Below are positions 23,047 to 32,600 of a stretch of 64,000 nt of DNA, piece after piece. The stretch is taken from the NCBI GenBank assembly GCA_964036045.1, contig OZ038378.1:166036001-166100000 (forward strand). The letters are read 5' to 3'. The notes under the pieces are model-generated. The model saw only the letters and a program-made list of their open reading frames with translations, did no database searches and was not told the origin of the DNA. Each line of letters starts with the position of its first letter. The first letter of the stretch is position 1. This stretch comes from Eutreptiella sp. 'Long Island Sound 2002'. Lineage: Eukaryota; Protista; Euglenida. Made by a program: the position numbers and the translations under genes.

Positions 23047-23535
23047 TCATCTAAGGTATCCCAATTGTTTAGGGCGTAGCACCCACTCCAACCTACCCAA
23101 CAATCGGGACATGTGTCGCAGAGAAAACTGCTGCAAGACAGCGAAGATCCACAGACCCAATATACCAACCAACAAGCCATTTCTATGACTGACCACGCCC
23201 CTGGCAGAGTCAAATATTTTCCCCACGAAATCCAAACTCCGTGCGACTTCACATATGGACTTCAAGCTGATCAAGAAACTGGCTTTCGTCATCTTCCGTA
23301 CCACTTGGGCCTCCCCCCTCCTGACTACCTGGCGGCGTGCCACAAGGAGAATGTCATCCAAATAAACAAACCCACCAACCTCTGTCCTACTCAACACAAT
23401 ACGTACAATATCCGACAATACCCAACACACCACCGGGAGTAAGCCCAGCCAAAGGGGAGCCACATGCACCGACAACCACCACTGCCTGGCAAATACACTT
23501 TCAAAACTCCGTACCGACCAATAACAGTTCCTCAA
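23047..23535 (-). pseudogene. Fragment of a DIRS/TATE-type reverse transcriptase
   Basis: GFVYLDDILLV...ASFLISLKS...LDFVGKIFD...RLLGRLEW is the YLDD motif plus DIRS-like downstream motifs; no flanking domains are intact. Confidence 0.75.
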
Positions 23536-24404
23536 ATCCAGCTTGCAAATCCATCAACCCCCTTTGACTCCCTGAACATCAGTTGTTCACGCATGTGTGC
23601 CACCTGAGGTAGCATCTAGGGTGAAACCAATCTGAAAATGCCCCCTACCCCAGCCCCCGACCAACAGTGGGTTATTATACCCATAGTGCGATTGCCAACC
23701 GCCACACCCTTGTGTGTGACACGTCACCTCACTCTTGTGAAACTTGTTTGGGGGAGACTCGACTGGTTAGAGGAATCAACATCAAATCTATCACGTGTGC
23801 ATGCTGTGCAAGACCATCAACAATCAATCAAGAATGCAATGCAGGGGTGGTCGGTTTCTTGGCAGGCTCATATTAGTGGCGTGTCTGTGGGGGGATGTTT
23901 GCAGTTTGGGTTTGTTGCATTCTTTGATGACGGCAGTGATTTATACCATCCTGCCACAACAATTTTGTGCTCTTGAATCCCCTTAAGGTCGTTTATGATA
24001 GACACCTCTTGTTTGTGGCATGACAAGTTGGGGGTCGCTGTTTCAGAATGGGTGTGTTTTTGCTTGTTGGTGGTTTGCGCAGCTGGATGTGCCATGGCCA
24101 TATAGCTGGCACGATACATGGGCTGGCCGTGTGTTTTCTTAGGTACCAGTTTTTCAGTGGCCAAGGCTCAAGTAACATCTCGATGTCTTTTTGGTTCTGG
24201 TCCTCGGCCTAGTTGAGGATTTGGATTTTTTGGGTTCAATCCAACAGCAACCTACCAAATACAAAACCTACCAAATGATTTTCACTCTAGTCGTGCAGTT
24301 TTAAAGGAGGCACCATTTTGAACGGTGGTGCTCCGACAAGGAGCTGTCTAAAATTGAGCACCCGAGTCCCACCGTTTCCTTGGTGGGTGCCACACGAGCG
24401 AATA

Positions 24405-24422
24405 TGATGGTGCCTGTTCCAA
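24405..24422 (+). repeat. Target-site duplication, 5' copy (TGATGGTGCCTGTTCCAA)
   Basis: Exact 18-bp match to 35161-35178. Confidence 0.75.
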
Positions 24423-24589
24423 GGTGTTTTTGTTGCCCCTGCATGTGGTGACACTGCCACTGAGACTCTGAGACCCAGAATCTTACCGAAAGCAACAACT
24501 CTTGACCTACACAGGGCCCAGTGCCCTCGCTTCGCGCTCACACAGGCTTCTGGCCTCGCTGACACTGCCCTTGAGCGGGGCCATACAAT

Positions 24590-26620
24590 ATGTCGCCCAT
24601 CACGCTGGACGACAAAGCGCTACGAGGGCTGCGCGACATCATCCGCCAGGAGGTTCAGGCGGCCATGGGAGCGACCTCACAACAGCAGCCAAGTCCAGCG
24701 GCTGGAGAGCGAAACACACCCACATCTGCAAAGAGCACCAGCAAAGGTGCAAGCAGATCACAAAACCCCACCCAATCCCAGGGGGCAGCAGGATCCAAGG
24801 CCAAGGCCAGATCACAGTCCCCAGCCCGCCAGTCAACCACTGGTGCAGGGAGCAAAAAGGTGCGAGAAGATCCCAAAGACAAGGAAATACGAGAGCTCAA
24901 AGACATGATCAAAGAGCTCACCGCCACGATCAAGGAGCTTCGGGCCTCCATTCGACATCCCAAGAAGACGTCAGACAACGAAGATGCAGCGGAGCCAACA
25001 CAGCTGGCTCAACGGCCACGCACGTATGCGGACGCAGCGGCCAAGGAGAAATCCTCCTCAGTGCAAAAGTCACAGGAAAGCAGCCAGTCCAGTGCTTATA
25101 CGGTAGTCAAATCACGATCTGCTGTCAAAGTACTTGGCAAGCCAAAAGATGTAGGTATGCCAGTGCAACCAACGCATGGAGTAGCTGCGGAGGAAGCACG
25201 AACCTGGCAAGCCTCTGCTCTACTGCCATTGCAACTCTGGAAAGAAGCCGAGAACAAGCAACTTGGCCTTCCGGTGCTGAATCCCAGCAAACCACCAGCC
25301 GAATGGAAAGTCTCAGAGAGACCAGGCACCTTCCAAAGGGTGCTCATGCTAGGAGGCACAGCAGACTCATGTGCGGAACTCGCAGACATGGCTTTCACGT
25401 CCCATCCTCAGGTAGAACACATGGCCGCCATCGTCAACGTGCCAAATACAGCCGGAGTCAAAAAGGCAACTGTCGCGGACGCACTACGCCGCATGAGGCT
25501 CACGCGCGCCGATCTGGATGTTCAGGGCTGCTTGCTAACCCTGGCAACCCGAATCACGCGGGCCGAGTGGGTCCACTCCGAGGGTCCGCCCAGGCCCATA
25601 GCAGATCAGCAACTATGGATGCAGTGGGAAAGGACCACAATGGAGCAAGACGACGAATCGGACCATCAGGAATCAGACACGGCGGAGCATGCCCCAGTGA
25701 CCCCCTCGGAGAGGGAAAGTGGCTTCCACAAGATATCCTTGCAGATAGATCCTCTTATGTGCTCGGATTCCGAACTGCCTCCGAACAGAACCAAAGGCTC
25801 TGCACAACGATGGGTGAGGCAACAAACAATGGAGTACCTGAAAACGTGCATGCAAGAAATGACACAGGCACCGCCAATGGAGATTTTTCGCCGAGCAGAA
25901 CATTACTCAGTCACGATGGAGCTCCCACTGGAGGCTGCCAAAAGGGTGCTCATTGGGTCGGGCAAGCTGCAAGGCATCGAGGCAAGGCCGTGGATGTCGA
26001 AAGGATCTCCTGGACCTGGACTGGAAGCACGCATTCTCTGGCTGAAAGCCCCCAACATGAAGAGCTCCAGCAACATATGGGAGATCCTTCACACCCAATA
26101 CTGGTTTGCTGGTGTGCTGACAGGAGACACTGTCGGCAGATGGGGTATCCGAATATGGGGAACAGAAGAACCAAGCGAGCAGCAAAGGACAGGTATTGCG
26201 AACCTGCTTGGAGCAGAGGCCCCCACCAAAAGAACACGCATACGGGTGTACGGATACCCGGCCGGTTTCGGCTACGGTACCACGTGGGCTCAAGAGGAGG
26301 CCGCGCGTGTCTTTCCCTCAGGCAAGGTCCAAGTTCTTTCCTGCCAACACCTCGTCAGCACGTCCATAACCAAGCCGGTGTTCGACATTACCGCAACGGG
26401 GGTGCCAACGGAATGGCAGGCGCACAAGCTGGAGTCCACCGACACCAGAGCAAACCCACGGATTTGGAGGCGGTGCGTGTCGCACAAACTCCGACCAGCA
26501 GCGGAAAGAGTTGGACGCCAAGAGAGGCTACGTCTAGCCACACGGGCAGACGACGACCCAGAGACTACCTCTTTGCAAGACGTCGTGGAGGACAACCACG
26601 ACATGGAGACAGGACAATAA
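24590..26620 (+). CDS. ORF1 protein of the non-LTR element (676 aa, coiled coil)
   Basis: Heptad coiled coil KDKEIRELKDMIKELTATIKELRAS, TYADAAA motif, and a globular C-terminal half. Its TAA overlaps the ORF2 ATG. Confidence 0.8.
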   Translation: MSPITLDDKALRGLRDIIRQEVQAAMGATSQQQPSPAAGERNTPTSAKSTSKGASRSQNPTQSQGAAGSKAKARSQSPARQSTTGAGSKKVREDPKDKEIRELKDMIKELTATIKELRASIRHPKKTSDNEDAAEPTQLAQRPRTYADAAAKEKSSSVQKSQESSQSSAYTVVKSRSAVKVLGKPKDVGMPVQPTHGVAAEEARTWQASALLPLQLWKEAENKQLGLPVLNPSKPPAEWKVSERPGTFQRVLMLGGTADSCAELADMAFTSHPQVEHMAAIVNVPNTAGVKKATVADALRRMRLTRADLDVQGCLLTLATRITRAEWVHSEGPPRPIADQQLWMQWERTTMEQDDESDHQESDTAEHAPVTPSERESGFHKISLQIDPLMCSDSELPPNRTKGSAQRWVRQQTMEYLKTCMQEMTQAPPMEIFRRAEHYSVTMELPLEAAKRVLIGSGKLQGIEARPWMSKGSPGPGLEARILWLKAPNMKSSSNIWEILHTQYWFAGVLTGDTVGRWGIRIWGTEEPSEQQRTGIANLLGAEAPTKRTRIRVYGYPAGFGYGTTWAQEEAARVFPSGKVQVLSCQHLVSTSITKPVFDITATGVPTEWQAHKLESTDTRANPRIWRRCVSHKLRPAAERVGRQERLRLATRADDDPETTSLQDVVEDNHDMETGQ

Positions 26621-29600
26621 TGCTGTCCGTTCGGGCAGTGGCATTGCTGCGTCCAAGGGCATGCACGAGTCGGTACAAACAGCCGCCGTGCTACGCGAGA
26701 CGGACACGTCCGCCGCGCGGGAAATCTTCAGGATTCCTCTTGTGCATGCTGTGCCTTCTGCCAAGGTGCTCTAACCGTAGACAATGTTGCCATACACCAG
26801 CCTTGAGTGCACGCAAGTGCCCCCCCACTGAGCTGACGAGAGAGGACGCAATGAGAACCGCTCGGGCACGCAGCCCTGAAATGATGCTCCCCCTACCAGG
26901 GCTCTTACCACCCAGGACGTGCGACTGCCACCTGGACTGCCTATTCCTGATGACAGGTACTATGTTTTATTCCATGGGACGGTCGCACAAAAGGCGAAGG
27001 TCGGACTCCAGCAGCGAGGAAGGTGAACGCCAACATCGAAAGCGGCAGCAGCCGCAACAGCACACCCACATCCATGTCCACGTCCACCAGCCCCAACAGC
27101 GGCACCCAGATCGGTCGAAACGCCGCAGTGCACACCGAGAACGATGCAGGATCCAAGGCGAGACCAGACGGATGGAAAGCGCGCTGCAAGAGCTCAATGC
27201 CCAACAGGCAACTGAAGTCCAAGCAGCCCGGGAGGAGCAGCAGTCGGCCGCGCAGTACTCTGACAGGGCTCCTCTGATCCCGTTCCAGGCCAACCTGCCG
27301 AGACAAAGGCCACGGACACCCAGCTACGAGCAGGTGATGGCCCGCCCACCGCTACCCAGCTACGATGAGGTAGTGGGGATGTCAGCAGACGAGGAAGAAG
27401 CAGAGCATGGCCCCAGCAGATCCGGACTCGCCAACCCGTACTCCCTGGAGCAGCTGAGGGACATCTCGGCAGCGGTGCAGATGCAACCGGAACGGCCCAC
27501 GGTGATCACCGACGTCCTGTACAAAACAGGCTCATACATAGCCTTGGCGCTGGAGCCCCATCTTGCGCTGCATCATCGCGATGATTGGGTCAGAGACTGG
27601 GCCACGGATGTCGGACGCCAGCTGGGCTTTGACGACGCGCCAGAGCCCGACACGGTCAAGCAAGGGACCCATGCGGCGCCACGAAACTGGAGGCTGCGGC
27701 TGCGGGGAAGGAAACCCCAGGGACTTACTTTCGGCATCAGCTCCAACGCCAAATATGGAGTGTCCCAGTACGCATGGGCCTCGGGCGCGGAATGGCTGAT
27801 CAGCCGCATCGAAGCCCAAACAACAGCAGCGAGGCCGCCGTCACCGCCACCGGAGGACGAAGATGCCCAGCCGCCGGCATACGCGCCACGCCAAGAGTTT
27901 GTGGACCAGGTACGTGCAGACCTTGCTTGGCAGATGCCTGAACGTGCGGTCCTCTCAGCAAGCGCTGATACATGCAGATACAATACCCCCCTGCTCACAC
28001 AAACTTGTCTTCTCACTTCCAGTGGCTCGACCCGGAATGGAAGCTGCAGCGAGGATACCGAGACGTCAGATGACCGTGACCTGAAAATCCGTCAAGGCGC
28101 ACCATCACCGCTGCACATGCGCACTCTCAACCCTGCCAGTGACGAGCGGGCCAGCATAGCTAAGACGGAGAGCTCTGCTAACCACCCAGCTAAGCCGTGC
28201 GCGAGATGGGAACGCCCGCCGCGTCACAGTGCCGAGAGACAGTCTGTGATGGCGAGAGCCGCCAGACTATTATGGACGAGTCGGGTAAGCCCGCCGTCCT
28301 CAGCAGCGGTGCCTGATGCACACCGCAATGCCAGTATTCACTGTCACTGTTACCTCAGAGCTTCTCTTCCTGACCCCTCCAGCATGCCTAACCGCCTGGC
28401 CTGCCCTGTTCCTTTTCGCCCCCTGCTCCTGCTCCTGGATCAGTCAGATCAGAATCTCACCCCGACGCAGCCGGCCCACAACTTGGCACAGCTGGTGCCA
28501 CCTGACCAGTGGGCCGCGCTGCATGTGCGCGCACACACACGCGCACACACGCATCCACACTGGAGGCGTGACCAGATCCTACGCTGTGGTGACGTGCACC
28601 CCAACCCAGGACCCACCTCTCTGGCACTCATCAACGTGACGGCCTTGCGAGCACACCACCATGAAGTGCTGGATTTGCACGAGGACATCGTAGCACTCAC
28701 GGAAACACGGCTCACGCAAGGGGCCCAGAATGCAATGGCCTTCATGGCGAGACAGAAGGGGTGGCAACCCTTTTGGGGAGCCCCCCTACTATCCAAGACA
28801 GGTGGCATTTGGGGAGCTGCCCCAGGAGGGGCGGCCCTTCTGGTACGGGAAAAGTGGCCGGCAAAGCAAGCTCAGCGGGACCCGGGATGCACACTAAGTG
28901 AGGAACTGTGGAATTCAGGCAGGTGGCTGCACGTCATCGTGACCCCAGCGGATGGTAAACGCCCCCTAAACGTGATTGTGGTGTATGGGATCCCAGGAGA
29001 CCACAAGCTAAATGGCAAGCTATGGGAGGCAGTGCTGACCCAAGTTGCAAAGCTGGGGAACTCCCCCTTTCTGATAGCCACGGATGCCAATGTCCAACTA
29101 GATCACTATCGCTGCATGCCCAACCTCATGATGACGGAGCTGCTTTCGGGGCGCATTGTGGATGTCGACCTCTTACATGCACGGACCACGGGACAGGACT
29201 GCCAGTGCTCGTACCACAATGGCTCCATCAAACAGAAACCAACCAGAATTGATGGTATTTTGGCAGATGCCAAGACGGCCAGTGCCATCATGAAAGTCTT
29301 GCCAACCGAAAGATGTCCCGTGCCTGGACACAAGCCGGTCACCTTCACCTTCAATTTCAAGCAGTCTGCCCAGCGGGTTCTGAAGTTTGTGCGGTTACCA
29401 CCCATGATACCAGCCCACCTGCAGAAACGCAAGCGGGACCAAATTGTGAAAGACGTCACCGAACCATACGTGGCGATATGGGAGAAAGTCCTAGACAATG
29501 AGGCGTCCACGGCAGATCAACTGTGGGACCTCTGGACGTGGCTGGCTGAAGAAACCATGCTGGTCCTGACCATGGCACCGCCGCCAGCGGTCAGGACAGG

Positions 29601-32600
29601 AATATGCCAACTACCACTGGCTCCCCAAGAGTTGCCGAGAGGACGGGGAACCAAGAAGATGCTCAAGACGGTGGAGCTCACGCCGAAGCGCATGACGTCG
29701 TCAGGACTCCCGTGCACTGCACCAACTAAGGAGATGTCCGCCCTGCTGAGCGCCCTAGTGCCAGTGATGAAGTGGGCGGCAAGCAGGGAACAAGCCGTGG
29801 TCCCTGTTATGGGCCCCGTACCACGAGAGGTCCTCAACAATTGGAAGGCGATACGCAGGAGAGCCCACCGCATTCTACAGCTCATCTCCAAAGGGCAATG
29901 TGTAGCAGAGCACCAAGAACTACTGCGCACGGTGATGGAGGCTCCAGAAAGTGCACCCATGAACATCACTGACTTGGTCCGGCTCAGTGATAAGATTAAA
30001 ATGCTGAGTAGGCGGCAACTGGCTCAAGAAGAGAAGAAGAGGCACCAAGATTGGAGAGAATGGATTGAGGAGACCTGGACCACATCACCTGGGAAGGTGT
30101 ACCAGTGGATCAAAGAGGACAAGTACACGCCCACGGTCCTGATCCAGAAAGAGGACGGCACCTTGACTGGCAATGTGCCCGAAATGGACCTCGTGATACA
30201 CCAGAAATGGGACCCGATAATGAGGCAGCACGCGGATCCGACGCTGCCGGAGCCGGAAACTGAACCCTTCTGGCGCAAGTTCGGCAAATATGTGGAGCAT
30301 CACCAGATGGAATGTCAGCCCATCACCGCGGAGCGCCTCTGCCGGCAATTCAAGGACATGAAACGCGGCCGGGCCACAGGTCTAGACGGAGGGACTGTTG
30401 TAGACATGCGAAACATGCCATGGCCGCTACTGCACATGCTGGCTCAGCTGTTAAACTGGGTTGAATCCCATGGCGTATGGCCTGAGCAACTTGCCACAGG
30501 GTACATTCCGCTGATCCCCAAAGGCGAGGGCAGTGAGCCACTACAGCTCAGGCCGCTGTCGGTGCTGTCTGCGATTTATGGCGCCTGGTCCGGTATCCGA
30601 CTCCGTGACTGCCTCATCTGGCAGGAGAAGTGGGTGCACCGAAATGCATTTGCCTTCAGGCCGCAGAAGAGCGCCCTGGACGCCGCAACTCTGCTGGCCG
30701 CCCTCATTGAGCGAGCACACCTACTGAAGCAGGCATTATCTGGCGCTGGCACTGACTATGTGAAGTGCTTTGATTTGATACCACAACAAATCTCCTTCCG
30801 GATGGCACGAGAATTCGGCCTGGACCCCAAACCGCAGGCGGCATTGGAGGCCATGTATCAACAACTACACAGGGCGTTCAAAATAAACGGGGCGCTGGGC
30901 TCCTTTTTTCACGCCACGAACGGCGTACTGCAAGGGTGCGCCATGAGCGTACTCATGATCAACATGCTCACCACAGTCTGGATGCGTGCCGTGGGAGAAC
31001 TGGAAGGAGCTATCTCAGTGACGGTACACAGCCTGCCGCCCATACCGCCCAAGCTGGAAGAGCCCAAGGAGCTGAGATACAGACGTAAACCCTCCCCGTC
31101 CACCGCGGTGTCCCGCCCTCGGCCACCACCGGCCCCGAGCAGGTGCGTTATGAAGACCTTCGGCTCGGGGATTGACCAATTTGAATATTGGGAACACTCC
31201 AACCCCTGCACGTGTGGCCATGGACCTCCACCTCCGCCTCAGCAATCGCAGCCGCCACACTCCTCCTCCGAACCTGCGCCCGAACGCGGTGGGCCGGTGG
31301 AAGAAGAAATGGCAGCATCGGGGGAGTCCCCGCCCCACAGCCCAGTGAAGCTCAGGGGTGCTCAACCCCAGCCACAAGAGGCGGGCACGATCCAGGTCGG
31401 GTCCATGGGCTACGCAGATGACACGTATCCGCTGCGATCTGAGGGCCAATACATGGCGCCGGTGATGCAGCTCACTGATGAGTGGCTGGCTCTCACCCTG
31501 CAAAAAGTGAACCCCAAGAAGTCACTGTCCATACAAGTACGACAATCCAAGGAAATTGCCCGCAAACACACGGTACTCCAAGGGATCTCACTCCCCCTCC
31601 AAGCTGAATTTCGCTCGCTGGGGGTGGGCATTCGTACCAGCCTGACCAGGGGGACTGGCCCGCTCCTGAAAAAGAGGACATCCAAGGGGATACACCTGCT
31701 GTCCAGAGTGAGGGGTGCACAAGGGGGCTTCAGCCGGCGAACGCACATCATTGCCACCCTGGTACAAGCCGCAGCCCTATGGGGGACCCCGGGGGCGGAG
31801 GTATCCCGGAGGGATTTGCAGAGTCTGGAGACGGCAGTGCTCCACAGTTTGTGGGGCACCTCGAGGCCAGGTAGGGCAAAGGAGATCATCTTCGTGCTGC
31901 TAGTACAGGGACACCGGGTGTCTCCTCACATGAAAACCACGTATGACAGGGTATGTTGGCTCCTCGCGGTGGCGCGCACGCCAGGCACCCTTCAGGTAGT
32001 GGTGCAGTCGTGCATTGAAGCTCGGCAAGCACAGGTACGACCCACTACATCAGGACCGGTTCAGCGAGCCCTCCTGGAGTTGGAGAGCCTTGGCTGGAGG
32101 CAGGCGGATCATTGGCGGGTCTGGAATGTGCCCGGGGTGCCCGAAGAAATAGACATGACACTCATAAATGAGGACAAATTCAAGCATATCCTGCGGGACT
32201 CCATCAGGCGGCGGGCCCTGCTCTCGCTGGAAGATCGTCGGCCGCGACAATTTCAAGGCATCTTAGGGGCCCTCGACAGGGAGGCATGTCAAGTCCTTCT
32301 GTCAGAGGGCACAGAATTTGATAAGGCGCTGCTGCGGGGCTGGCTCACAGGGGCGTTATGGACGGCTGCCAGGGCGCATGCGAGGGGCCTCAGGGCGACA
32401 CCGCTATGCCCATACTGCACGCGGCAACAAGAAGAAGACGACGAACACATCTTGTGGGCCTGCCCAGCTTGGGGCATACATCGATCCGGTGCCTGGCGCT
32501 CGCTTATGAGAACGGCGAGGGCACTGGGGCTATCAGACCAGATCAGTAGTTGGCCCACGTGCTTACGGATCTGTGGCCTGATGCCGGAACACCTGTCGCA

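Noticed and set aside
24515-24589. HDV-like ribozyme at the LINE 5' end (as in L1Tc/R2)
   Set aside because: Some crossing pairings exist (CAGTG/CACTG, CGCTCA/TGAGCG), but there is no valid P3 or catalytic J4/2; RNArobo would be needed to settle it.
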